DNA of 64,000 bases, taken from the IMG/VR virus record IMGVR_UViG_3300009158_000001, positions 110,108-174,107 of that record, one strand, 5' to 3'. A model generated the notes under the pieces. It worked only from the letters and a program-made list of their open reading frames with translations, was not told the origin of the DNA and ran no database searches. Source of the stretch: a virus. The position numbers and the translations under genes were made by a program. Shown in pieces: positions 25,465 to 35,050 of this stretch (positions within the stretch are counted from its first letter, which is position 1; each line of letters begins with the position of its first letter).

Positions 25465-26865
25465 ATGTATGACTTTAATGCGTTTGTTGAGGATAAGCAC
25501 TACCTGTGGACTAATATGATTGATCGTCTTGATATCAAGATGAAGAATATGCCGCCCAGAGTCAGTAGCAAGTCAAAAGACGGAGCTCGTAGACTAAGTA
25601 ATAAGTATCACTATATTAAGCCTATGATGTCCCGTCATTCGTCTCTTATTAACTTGGTTGCCAAGTTGGGCTACTGGCATAAGAATATTGACGATAGACT
25701 TGATGCTGCTATCAGCACTATCTCTGCTTGCTATCAGACTACTGAGATGAGTAAGGGTCGTCGTGCCCTTCCTAGGGAGTCTAATGATCTTGTTGATCTT
25801 ACTTGGGCTCTTAAGGATCTTCATAATGCTAAGGGATCCTGGGAAAAGTTCACTGTAAAGCGCGCTTTTAACCATGGGTATTCCTGCTTAAAGTATACTG
25901 ATAGACGGCTAGTTCTTAATAAGATTCCCCAGTCTATTAGGACTATAAAGGCTTGGGATTCTGTTACAGTTTGGCCTACTGGCAGTATTGATGACGATAC
26001 TACTTTGTCTCTAATTCAGAATCATCCTGTTAATGCAGAATTCATTCAAGCTTACAAGTACCGTACCTTTAGTAATCGGCGGCTTAGTTGGTTCCATTCT
26101 GGTCTTGCTGCAGAGTATGTCCAGCTGATTCCTATTAATCATGCTGAACGTACTAGTAGTGATACTCTTCCTAAGCTACTCGCTGAGATTGATAAGAACC
26201 AGGCTACTCTTTATACAAAGATGAGCCGAGTTAATGACGTTAAGATTCTTGATGGCTGGGTAAAGGCTATGAAGGATCTTCATCCTGTTAATGTTGGTAC
26301 TGGTCTTGCAGAGGCTGTAGAGAAGTTTATCAAGGATGGATACCGTATGGGCCTTCCTGGTCTTCGAGCCAGAGATGAGCGTCTTAGTGCTATTGATTAC
26401 GAGAATATGAGTGTTCTTGAAATGATCAATGCTAGTGTTAATAATCATAGAATTGCGGCGGAACAGAATCGTCTTGCCTTGCTTAAGTATGATGTTAATG
26501 TTCCTGACCGTGAGATGCCTACTCTTACTTTGCCTGAGCATCTTGAGACGATTCGGATCAAGACCTCTAATGAAATGAGAATTGCTGGCAGTGACTGTGC
26601 ACACTGTATTGGCAGCTACTATGATGATAGGAGCCATATGTTTTTCCGTAAAGGAAATGTATGTGCTATGGTCAGCATGACTAATGGTCAGATTATTCAG
26701 TGCTTTGACCGGAATAATAAGAGCACTCCAGCTAGTAAGAACTTCTCTTCTTATCTCAACGCTGAGATTAAGAAGGCTAAGTTGGAATATCCTGCTCCTG
26801 CTCCGAAGAAAGTTAAATTTGCTATTCCTGCATATGGTTACGAAATGATTGATCCACCCTACTAA
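25465..26865 (+). CDS. Protein with C-terminal PcfJ-like domain
   Basis: EMRIAGSDCAHCIGSYY...IIQCFDRNN resembles PcfJ (EG..mhHCV.sY...i.Q..g..N). Confidence 0.55.
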   Translation: MYDFNAFVEDKHYLWTNMIDRLDIKMKNMPPRVSSKSKDGARRLSNKYHYIKPMMSRHSSLINLVAKLGYWHKNIDDRLDAAISTISACYQTTEMSKGRRALPRESNDLVDLTWALKDLHNAKGSWEKFTVKRAFNHGYSCLKYTDRRLVLNKIPQSIRTIKAWDSVTVWPTGSIDDDTTLSLIQNHPVNAEFIQAYKYRTFSNRRLSWFHSGLAAEYVQLIPINHAERTSSDTLPKLLAEIDKNQATLYTKMSRVNDVKILDGWVKAMKDLHPVNVGTGLAEAVEKFIKDGYRMGLPGLRARDERLSAIDYENMSVLEMINASVNNHRIAAEQNRLALLKYDVNVPDREMPTLTLPEHLETIRIKTSNEMRIAGSDCAHCIGSYYDDRSHMFFRKGNVCAMVSMTNGQIIQCFDRNNKSTPASKNFSSYLNAEIKKAKLEYPAPAPKKVKFAIPAYGYEMIDPPY

Positions 26866-26878
26866 AAAGGAGAACTAA

Positions 26879-27322
26879 ATGTCCTACATTGGAGCTACTG
26901 TTACTGGTAATGAGAATATTCGTGAGTATCTTAAGAATGAACGCAATGAATTGAACTTTGATGAAATTGCACTTCAGCAAGCTGAAACATTTCATCTAGT
27001 TCATAGTTCTTTTAGTGATCCTGGAGATGATTGGAATTCTTGGCGTCTTTATGATAAAGATCACTACGAGATTGCGCACATAACTCGTTCTGGATATTAA
27101 ATGCCTTTTAACGGAACTATCATTACTGGCAATGGGAACATTCGTACTTATCTCATAGATGGTAAATACGAATTGAAATTCTATGAACATCAACTCAGTA
27201 GAGCTGTTAAGCTTAAGGTAGCTCATAGCTCTCTTAACGACCGTGGAAATGGTTGGAAGTCTTGGCGGCTTTACGATGAGAACAACGATAAGATTGGCGA
27301 TATCACACAATATGGATACTAA
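26879..27322 (+). CDS. Two tandem paralogous 73-aa proteins (26879-27100, 27101-27322)
   Basis: Shared TGN.NIR.YL, HSS..D.G..W.SWRLYD and IT..GY. Confidence 0.8.
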
Positions 27323-27649
27323 ATGGAAATTGAGACAGCTGTGATTGTGTTTTTGATCGTTGCTTTTATTTTAATTTGTTTGCCAATTTAGGCTAAAAAG
27401 AAAGAAAACCTTAGGTTTTATGCTAATTTTAACTATTTTTATTTTACTTTTAACTAGTAAAATAGATAGTCTGGAATACCGCATAGAACCTAGGGTTTTT
27501 TGTTTCTAAAAAATACATCAAAAGTATAACATACTGTAAAGTCTAGTATAATTACACTATGATTTAGGGCTAAACATAACTGTTTAGTTCCCTCTATACA
27601 GGTGGTGAAAATGTTTTAACAATACTATTTATTTATAGAGGATTTTCTA

Positions 27650-28228
27650 ATGTCAAACTCAACCGATTGCCCTAATTCTTTACTTGATTCCATCAACAGT
27701 AAGCTTGATGATCTAAAGAAAAGTCATGAAAAACATGATAAAGCAATCGATGATCTAAAGACAATAGTCCTTGGATCTTATGATGGGAATCCCGGAATAA
27801 ATATGCGTCTTAGAGACGTAGAAAAAGATCTTGATTCGCTTGCTGAACTTCAGCGTCAGCAGATAGAAGCAATTAATAAAACTATAGAGTTAAATAGAAC
27901 TGAGAATGAAAAATTACTTACGCGATTTACGATTGATCAAAATGACCGTATAGCTAAAGAAATTGAGCGTGTAAAAGCCGATATTCGCACAGAAAAAGAG
28001 AAAAAAGAATCAGAAAACCGTGAATGGCTAACTAGAACTATAGTTAGAACAATAATTGGTTTGCTTTTTGGCGGCTTAGCTCTTGGCTTTGCAAGCTTAT
28101 TTAAAAATGAAGTAGCAAAAGCAGTGCAACAGCAACAAATACAAGATAGAGATACTGGATTTTATTACAAAGAACAAGAGTATATAGAAGACTCTGAACT
28201 TTATAAGAAAGTCTTCTCTATTATTTAA
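27650..28228 (+). CDS. Coiled-coil protein with one membrane helix
   Basis: Heptad-like N-terminus; TIIGLLFGGLALGFASLF. Confidence 0.75.
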   Translation: MSNSTDCPNSLLDSINSKLDDLKKSHEKHDKAIDDLKTIVLGSYDGNPGINMRLRDVEKDLDSLAELQRQQIEAINKTIELNRTENEKLLTRFTIDQNDRIAKEIERVKADIRTEKEKKESENREWLTRTIVRTIIGLLFGGLALGFASLFKNEVAKAVQQQQIQDRDTGFYYKEQEYIEDSELYKKVFSII

Positions 28229-28290
28229 GTACTTTTTGATTATTTCTTATTATTAGTTATTTTTAGTAATTAATAATGAGGAGATAATAT

Positions 28291-28551
28291 ATGTACGTTT
28301 ATGCTGATCCAATGAATAAGACTTGTCAGATTGTTGAATCTGAAGATATTCTTGATGCAATTGCTATTTCTAATGGCAGGGGAATTATTTATAAGACTGA
28401 CGACAGCGAAGATGAGCCAGACGCATCATCTATGACAGACAATGAAGTTACCCAAGCTATGTACGATTCAATCGCTTGGAAAGACGGAATTCTTAGCAAA
28501 CTTGGCAAAACTCTAATTGATTATTCAAATTTCAAAAATTATATTGATTAA
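28291..28551 (+). CDS. Hypothetical protein
   Basis: SD GAGGAG. Confidence 0.7.
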   Translation: MYVYADPMNKTCQIVESEDILDAIAISNGRGIIYKTDDSEDEPDASSMTDNEVTQAMYDSIAWKDGILSKLGKTLIDYSNFKNYID

Positions 28552-28909
28552 GGACATTTATGGAAACTCCTGAGAGTCTCAAAAGAAAGCTTAAAGAACT
28601 TGCTTTGATAGTGAAAATAGCTTCACAGACTTTATTTGATAAAAATAAAGTTGTACAGAATCCTCCTAGTCAAAGCCCTGAAAGTTAAATCTTGCAAAGA
28701 TATAACGTAACAGATCTTAATTATTGTATTGTTTATACTTTTATGAAAGATGGGATTAAACAGTATATACTTTTTGGTCCTGATCTCTCTAAGTTTAAGC
28801 AGTTTAATGATGGTCAAGAGCTTGCAGATTATGCAACTTCTAATGGCTTAATATTGCAGTTTAAATAATATTTTTACCTATTAAGTAACACTTAATAAGA
28901 GGTGATAAT

Positions 28910-29308
28910 ATGGGACTTGATATGTATCTTAGGATTGAGAATACAGACAATCCTGAGGAAAACGATGAGGAGATTGCCGCTTGGCGTAAACATGGCGATC
29001 TTAATGCCTGGTTTGAGAGACTATGGCTTACTAAGTATATGCCAGAAGAAACTACTCGTACGATTAAATTTGGCGACGACTATTTTGACGTTAGTGCATT
29101 TAATATTGAAAAAGTTTATCTAGATTTACAGGATCTTCAGGAACTTTTTGATGATTTGATTGCGCAAGAATTGCCAGATGCTAGTGGACCTTTTCATACT
29201 GCTAATGTGTCTAATCTAGATAGGCTTGCATATGATCTTGAAGCCGTAGCTAAGGCTTGTGTAGAAGTTATTCTTGGAAAGAAAGTTTACTATATCTGTT
29301 GGTGGTAA
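28910..29308 (+). CDS. Conserved phage protein (MGLDMYL...WRK...YY.CWW type)
   Basis: Pattern common in phage hypothetical proteins; SD GAGGT. Confidence 0.75.
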   Translation: MGLDMYLRIENTDNPEENDEEIAAWRKHGDLNAWFERLWLTKYMPEETTRTIKFGDDYFDVSAFNIEKVYLDLQDLQELFDDLIAQELPDASGPFHTANVSNLDRLAYDLEAVAKACVEVILGKKVYYICWW

Positions 29309-29440
29309 CATGGGAAGAATGAAAGACCTTGCTATTGATGAGCTTAATAAGCTTGCTGATGAGTCCTCTGATGAATATCTAGAAGACGAAGAGTCTTGGT
29401 ATGTTGAAGACGATTATCTTTTTACAGAAGAGAATGACTA

Positions 29441-29911
29441 ATGAAACAAGAGCTACAAGACCAGCTTTATGCAAAATATCCTGATATCTTTGCTCAGAAA
29501 GATCTTCCTATGAACCAGACATGTATGTGTTGGGGCATTGATACTGGTGATGGCTGGTATCAGATTATTGATGATCTTTGTGCTAAGATTAAGGCTCATG
29601 TTGATGAGACTAAGCTTAAGTACCCTAAGTACAATATTGAGTTTGTTCAAGTAAAAGAGAAGTTTGGTACATTGCGTGTCTCTCTGGACTATAGCCATCC
29701 TGCTATTGATAAGTTTATCTCAGAAGCAGTAGCTCTTAGTGCTAAGACTTGCGATGTTTGTGGTGAGCCCGGACATTGCGGCTCATACAGGGGATGGTGG
29801 ATGACTTTGTGTAAGACTCATAGCGATGAGCATATTGCAGAAACTGGTAATAAGCTTGTAGAGCTTGACTATGAGGAAGACGAAGAGCAAGACGAACCAG
29901 ATGCTGAGTGA
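29441..29911 (+). CDS. Conserved phage protein (QxKEKFGxLR family)
   Basis: GDGW, QVKEKFGTLR, CDVCG.PG, LC..H. Confidence 0.8.
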   Translation: MKQELQDQLYAKYPDIFAQKDLPMNQTCMCWGIDTGDGWYQIIDDLCAKIKAHVDETKLKYPKYNIEFVQVKEKFGTLRVSLDYSHPAIDKFISEAVALSAKTCDVCGEPGHCGSYRGWWMTLCKTHSDEHIAETGNKLVELDYEEDEEQDEPDAE

Positions 29912-29979
29912 TGTTTTACTTTGTCTATTTATGATTACACTATTTACGTATACAGCAATACTACTTTATAGGAATTTAG

Positions 29980-30264
29980 ATGAGTGATTACCAATACGAC
30001 CTTGATTATAGCTTTACATGGAATCATAGAGTCCTTAAAACTACTAGTGAACTTGAAGGATCCGTTTATGAGGATTTTCGCATTGTAGAAGTACAGTATA
30101 GAAATGGACTAATTTCGACTTACTGTGAGCCTTTTACAAGTGCAGAGTCCCTAGATCAGCTACAGAAAACCCTTAATCAGATGCAAGATGCATTGAGTAA
30201 GCCTGTTCTTGTTCTAGAGGATTTTACTGACCTTGAAGAAGATGAGGAAGACGACAATGCCTGA
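29980..30264 (+). CDS. Hypothetical phage protein
   Basis: WNHRV...ALSKPVL; SD AGGA. Confidence 0.7.
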   Translation: MSDYQYDLDYSFTWNHRVLKTTSELEGSVYEDFRIVEVQYRNGLISTYCEPFTSAESLDQLQKTLNQMQDALSKPVLVLEDFTDLEEDEEDDNA

Positions 30265-30387
30265 TGAGTATGATCTGGAATTTAAGATTACTCAGCTTGA
30301 AAGACAAGTTGAGGATTTAATTACAAAAGTTGAAGATATCCGCGAAGATATTCAACATCTATTAAGTATGCAAAGAGAGGATAACTA

Positions 30388-30714
30388 ATGAATAAGGGCG
30401 ATGAAGAGTTTCTTACATATCGAGAACATCTAGAAGCTACGTATAAAATACTTTTTGATAAAGCTAAAGATGGTGTTTGGTATTGTAGGTTTGGCAGATT
30501 TAGATTTGAGATGTGGCTAAATAGTGAAGGGCGATGGGCTACATGTTTTATGCATGCAGATGATCGTGGCACTTTACTTGGCACAGCTTATAGTCTACAT
30601 CCTGTAACTTCATTTGCTCTTGCATTAGAGAAATTTCACAGTATTGCTGCTGATGTTCCTCAACCACAAAGCAAAGATCTTAAGTTTAAGCTTAAGAATC
30701 ATGAACCTACCTAG
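30388..30714 (+). CDS. Hypothetical protein
   Basis: SD GAGGG. Confidence 0.65.
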   Translation: MNKGDEEFLTYREHLEATYKILFDKAKDGVWYCRFGRFRFEMWLNSEGRWATCFMHADDRGTLLGTAYSLHPVTSFALALEKFHSIAADVPQPQSKDLKFKLKNHEPT

Positions 30715-30722
30715 GAGATTTA

Positions 30723-30968
30723 ATGGATAATCTTAATACTGGATTTGATATTGACACGACAGAAGGTCAGTTTGCTTTGCTTATGAGCAGAGGCGCTGGT
30801 TTCTATCCAGATATTCAAGCAACTAGTTCAATTGCGCAAATGCTTAATGCTAGATTTGTAGCTAAAGCTTACAATCTAGATGATTGCGATGTTTATACTG
30901 TTTACGCTGAGATTATAACAATTCTAAACGAGGTAGCTCAGGCCTCAAATTTTGACAAAGGAGAATAA
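30723..30968 (+). CDS. Hypothetical protein
   Basis: SD AGGAG. Confidence 0.7.
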   Translation: MDNLNTGFDIDTTEGQFALLMSRGAGFYPDIQATSSIAQMLNARFVAKAYNLDDCDVYTVYAEIITILNEVAQASNFDKGE

Positions 30969-30970
30969 TT

Positions 30971-31366
30971 ATGAGTGTTGATGGTACTGATCTTTCAAAG
31001 ATTACTGGTGATAGTGCAAAGGTTATCGCTGAGGCTGCGATTGCTGCCGCTGCTCCTAGAGCTGGCTGGTTCCTGTCTCGTGTAGCTGCTGCAGTTCTTG
31101 CATTGGTCCTTCCTCTTCTGGGTGGCGTTGTCGGTTTTGTGACTGGCCGTGCTACTACTGCTCCTGCTGCAGTTGAGACTCCAGCTGGTTCAGGTGTTGG
31201 CTCTGGTTCTGGCAGTGCAGCTACTCCTGAGGTTCGGACTGTTCCTTACGATGCTAAGAGTGTGGCAGCAGAGGCTGTTGTCGGTCCTCTTGGTGGTACT
31301 GGTGAAGTTATTCATCCTGCTCATCCTGCCGATGCAGCTACTGCTGCTGAGGCTGATGCTCAGTAA
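30971..31366 (+). CDS. Ala/Gly-rich membrane protein
   Basis: One long hydrophobic helix; directly upstream of the lysozyme-like gene. Confidence 0.7.
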   Translation: MSVDGTDLSKITGDSAKVIAEAAIAAAAPRAGWFLSRVAAAVLALVLPLLGGVVGFVTGRATTAPAAVETPAGSGVGSGSGSAATPEVRTVPYDAKSVAAEAVVGPLGGTGEVIHPAHPADAATAAEADAQ

Positions 31367-32007
31367 TGAGCACATTACCTTACTACGGTAGGTATTGGAA
31401 GAATAAAGTTCCTCCTGGTATGCCAGCTACTGCTAAGACAGTGGTTGAAATGGGAGATGCGATTGAGCTAATTCAGTCTGTAACTGCAAATGATTCTGTG
31501 GAATTCCAGAGATGGGCAATTCTACTTGCCAAGCATGAGAGCTCAGCTACTCTTTCTTTGCCTGCCAATACCTTTAATTACCTTCCCAAGGAACAAAGGA
31601 ATGGTAAGGCTAAGATTACTGCTTGGGGTTGTTATCAATTTAATGACCCTGCTTATCAGGATCTAAGGCGTAAGCTTAACTGGGTTCCTGGCTATAAGCC
31701 TGAGACAGAAGTTACTATTCCTAAAGATTCAAAACCTTGGAGTATGACTTCAACTCAAGAGATCACTTTAACTCTGAATAGATATAGACAGATTTATCTT
31801 GCGTGTCTTGCTGCAGGTTTCAGTGAGCTTCAAGCTCTTACTATAACTTCACAGTCTCATTGTACAGAGACTGGGGCTAAGAGATTATTTAGGGCTGGAC
31901 CTGATCCTATTAAGCAACAGGAAACTGTTGCTGCGTTTGATAAGATGAATAGGGCTTGGTATGATGGTCATGGTACCAAGATGGCACTGGCAGCAACTCA
32001 CGCTTAA
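31366..32007 (+). CDS. Lysozyme/transglycosylase-fold protein
   Basis: LAKHESS (catalytic Glu) and AWGCYQF motifs. Confidence 0.55.
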   Translation: MSTLPYYGRYWKNKVPPGMPATAKTVVEMGDAIELIQSVTANDSVEFQRWAILLAKHESSATLSLPANTFNYLPKEQRNGKAKITAWGCYQFNDPAYQDLRRKLNWVPGYKPETEVTIPKDSKPWSMTSTQEITLTLNRYRQIYLACLAAGFSELQALTITSQSHCTETGAKRLFRAGPDPIKQQETVAAFDKMNRAWYDGHGTKMALAATHA

Positions 32008-32016
32008 AGGAATATC

Positions 32017-32460
32017 ATGACTGAAGGTTACATTACATATACAGACGGTTGGAAATATCAATTGGCGGAAGATTACACTTGTAAAATAAATGTAATTCCT
32101 CCTTTGAATGTCAAGACCGAATATATAGAACTTCTTGGTGATGGCACATTGACGATTCGTCATGGCTATGCATGGGATGGGCCTTCAGGTCCAACCGTTG
32201 ACAGCAAGAATTTTATGCGTGGATCTTTAGTTCATGATGCTCTTTATCAGCTTATTAGAGAAAAGCATCTTCCTCTCTCTTACAGAGACAAAGCAGATCG
32301 TCTTCTTCAGCAAATGTGCAAAGAAGATGGAATGTGGGCGATTAGAGCTTGGTATGTTTACCAAGGAGTCTCTACTTTTGGTGGAGAAGCTGGAATTAAA
32401 CATGGCAAACATAAAGTTAGTTATGCTCCAAAGAAAATAGCTAAGAAAACTTTAGAATAG
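32017..32460 (+). CDS. DUF1353-family protein
   Basis: GYAWDGPS, SLVHDALY, R..AD, Y.GV..FG. Confidence 0.75.
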   Translation: MTEGYITYTDGWKYQLAEDYTCKINVIPPLNVKTEYIELLGDGTLTIRHGYAWDGPSGPTVDSKNFMRGSLVHDALYQLIREKHLPLSYRDKADRLLQQMCKEDGMWAIRAWYVYQGVSTFGGEAGIKHGKHKVSYAPKKIAKKTLE

Positions 32461-32586
32461 TAATATTCAAATGTAAGTAATAAAGAAGTTCCAAGTAGAA
32501 ATACTTGGGACTTTTTGTTTATCTGTATTTGTTTACAATGTATTCTTTGATATTTGATTTTTAATTATTCATATTAGGATATTTAT

Positions 32587-33291
32587 ATGAATTACGATAA
32601 TATTTTAGAATCACTACAGTCCCCTTCGCAAGAAGTAGACTTTAACCTTATTTGGAATGCTCAGGCTGTTAATGTCAAGACTGGCAATGTTCCTACTTTA
32701 TATATTGGTCATACTAAGCAAGAAGCATGGGAGAGTTGCAATGGATGTAGCCTCAGAGGTAACGGCTGCTACGCTTGGAGTGGCAGTGTCAATATTGGAG
32801 CTAGTTCGACTAGGCGTGCCCTTGCAAAAGGAGCTGATAAGACTTTATCTTACGCCCTTAACAATAGACACAAAACCGCTAGAATGGTTCGTGTATCCGC
32901 CATTGGAGACATTGGCAGATGTCCCTCAACACAAGCATCTCAGATCAAAGAAACTATTGGCAAAACAAAACTTGAGTTAGTAGGGTATACCCATCACTGG
33001 AGAGAAGAGAAAGTAGCTAAGAATTGGCGCGGTTCTCTTATGGCAAGCTGCGAAAAGATTAATGACGCAGATCTTGCTGTTGCTCAGGGATGGAGAGCTA
33101 CTACAATTGTAGGTGAAGATAGCCCTCATGCATTTACTAGTCCAGCTGGTAATAAAGTAGTTGTCTGTCCAGCACAAACCAAAAGCAGTATTACTTGTAA
33201 TCAGTGTAGGCTTTGTAATGGTAGCAAGAAAGCTGCACCTATTATTGCATTTATTGCACATGGTAATCAAATGGAAAAAGCTTTAGCTTAA
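32587..33291 (+). CDS. Cys-rich conserved phage protein (possible Fe-S enzyme)
   Basis: NVKTG, CNGCSLRGNGCYA, GD, YTH, CPAQ..CNQCRLC, F.AHG. Confidence 0.7.
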   Translation: MNYDNILESLQSPSQEVDFNLIWNAQAVNVKTGNVPTLYIGHTKQEAWESCNGCSLRGNGCYAWSGSVNIGASSTRRALAKGADKTLSYALNNRHKTARMVRVSAIGDIGRCPSTQASQIKETIGKTKLELVGYTHHWREEKVAKNWRGSLMASCEKINDADLAVAQGWRATTIVGEDSPHAFTSPAGNKVVVCPAQTKSSITCNQCRLCNGSKKAAPIIAFIAHGNQMEKALA

Positions 33292-33301
33292 GGAGTTAAC
33301 A

Positions 33302-33583
33302 ATGACTGGTCCATCAATTAATTCAGATCTTATTTTTCAAGTCTATAGGCTTCAGCAAATTGATCAGATTAGCAAGAGTGAATTGTATGACATGATTATT
33401 CATGACTTGAATGGCCAGATTCCTGGGCACCTACTATCAACAATGTGGTACTTGTCTAATCAGATGGCAGAGCAAGTTAATGATACTTCATGTCTTTGTA
33501 TTCTAAATGCATTTGTTTCATTACTTAAGGCTATTCATCAATTTAAGGTTGAATACGCCATCGATGGAACAGAAAATTTTTGA
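33302..33583 (+). CDS. Hypothetical protein
   Basis: SD AAGGAG. Confidence 0.7.
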   Translation: MTGPSINSDLIFQVYRLQQIDQISKSELYDMIIHDLNGQIPGHLLSTMWYLSNQMAEQVNDTSCLCILNAFVSLLKAIHQFKVEYAIDGTENF

Positions 33584-33590
33584 TGCACTT

Positions 33591-33605
33591 GCCTCCTGCG
33601 TCGGC
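33591..33605 (+). promoter_or_regulatory. Hairpin motif copy 14
   Basis: GCC-TCCTGCGTC-GGC. Confidence 0.65.
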
Positions 33606-33623
33606 TAAATATTTACTATTTAA

Positions 33624-33842
33624 ATGATACTTAAGTTAAATCTTGCAAAACCAGGTTTTTATACAATTAAAGCTATTGATCCCTGGTCAGTAAGATTACA
33701 AGAAATTGGTTTTCTTACTAATAGAACTATTTATATCTTTGCAAATAATGCTCTTGGTATCCAAGTACGTATTAATAATGCAGTTTATCTTTTTAATGAA
33801 GTGATTGCATCTACAATTTACGTTGAATTAATAGAGGAATAA
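33624..33842 (+). CDS. FeoA-like SH3-fold protein
   Basis: RLQEIGF...IQVRINNAVYLF..IASTIYV follows the FeoA pattern; 72 aa. Confidence 0.5.
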   Translation: MILKLNLAKPGFYTIKAIDPWSVRLQEIGFLTNRTIYIFANNALGIQVRINNAVYLFNEVIASTIYVELIEE

Positions 33843-34222
33843 TGTCTCATTCTATGTACCTTTCTGGTATTCTTGGTAATTATAATGCTGATAGTTCTGA
33901 CTATATGTATATTAAAGTAACAAGCTCAGAGGCTAATAAGAAGTACACAACTTTTATGGTTAGACTTCAGAAGGGGCCACTTACTAATAAGATTATGGGA
34001 GTGCCCGCTGGTAGTGTAATTGGATTGCATAACTGTAAGTTGGGCGATCCGTACATTACTAAACCTTTTGTACCCAAGGGCGAGACAGAAGCTATTAGAG
34101 TAACCTATAATCATATTGTGCATGTTGAGGACATTATTTGTCCTAGTATGCAGAATCAGTCAGCTAAGACCCAAACTTTTACTGCTAGTCAGACTGAAGA
34201 CGCAGTTAAAATGCTTGGATAA
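33842..34222 (+). CDS. Hypothetical protein, possibly OB-fold
   Basis: SD GAGG; MYLSGILG start is weakly SSB-like. Confidence 0.65.
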   Translation: MSHSMYLSGILGNYNADSSDYMYIKVTSSEANKKYTTFMVRLQKGPLTNKIMGVPAGSVIGLHNCKLGDPYITKPFVPKGETEAIRVTYNHIVHVEDIICPSMQNQSAKTQTFTASQTEDAVKMLG

Positions 34223-34325
34223 AATTACTTGACACAATTATACTTGTGTCTAAATATTCAAATAACGCAGGAACATTTTGTTTATTTCCTGTTGTTGTTT
34301 TGTAACTAATTGTTTTTAAAGGAGA

Positions 34326-35027
34326 ATGAATATGGAAGTAAAGTCTAATTTTCGTCAGATTATCGTTTTTGATGCCCCTACCAAGGGATACTACACTGCT
34401 GATCTCCCTGAGGCTGAGGGTCCTGTGACCGTTGCTGGTTTTAATGGCATTTCCGTTGCCAAGCAACTTACTGCACTTTTTCCTCAGTACCAGTTTATCT
34501 ACCAGAAGGATCCTTCTTATGTTTATGACGTTAAGGTTGATCGTGCTGTTCAGTCTCGTGATGCTAGTGAGCATGCACTAATTAGCAATGGTCTTGCCAT
34601 TCTAGAGACTGCCTGTCATGAAGTTCGCAGAGAACTTATTCTAGCGGAAGACGAGAAGCGTGCTCCTCAGTACTCTGAGCTTGTAGCTAAGATTGTCTCC
34701 GCATTTAATACTGCTGATAAGTATTTCTGGATTGTCGAGGATAGAGAGCGTAAGCCTAAGGCACCTGCTGCAAAGTCTGCGTTTCCTGGCCTTCGTTCTC
34801 CTATCTGGACTAAGCAATCTTCAGATTACGAAGGTGATAAGACAAATGAGATGCGCAATAAGGATGTCTGCTGTAAGCAGCAAGACCCATGTTGCAAGCA
34901 GAAGCCTACAGGTTGGATAACAACTAAGCTACCTTTTGGTGTAGGCTATGCGTTTGATGGCGATATTAATGATATTGACAAGTTGACTAAGGAACTTGAG
35001 GCAATCTTTAAGGGATTTCGCCGATAA
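34326..35027 (+). CDS. Hypothetical protein (233 aa)
   Basis: SD AAGGAG. Confidence 0.8.
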   Translation: MNMEVKSNFRQIIVFDAPTKGYYTADLPEAEGPVTVAGFNGISVAKQLTALFPQYQFIYQKDPSYVYDVKVDRAVQSRDASEHALISNGLAILETACHEVRRELILAEDEKRAPQYSELVAKIVSAFNTADKYFWIVEDRERKPKAPAAKSAFPGLRSPIWTKQSSDYEGDKTNEMRNKDVCCKQQDPCCKQKPTGWITTKLPFGVGYAFDGDINDIDKLTKELEAIFKGFRR

Positions 35028-35050
35028 GTTAAATATAAAATAAGGTAAGA

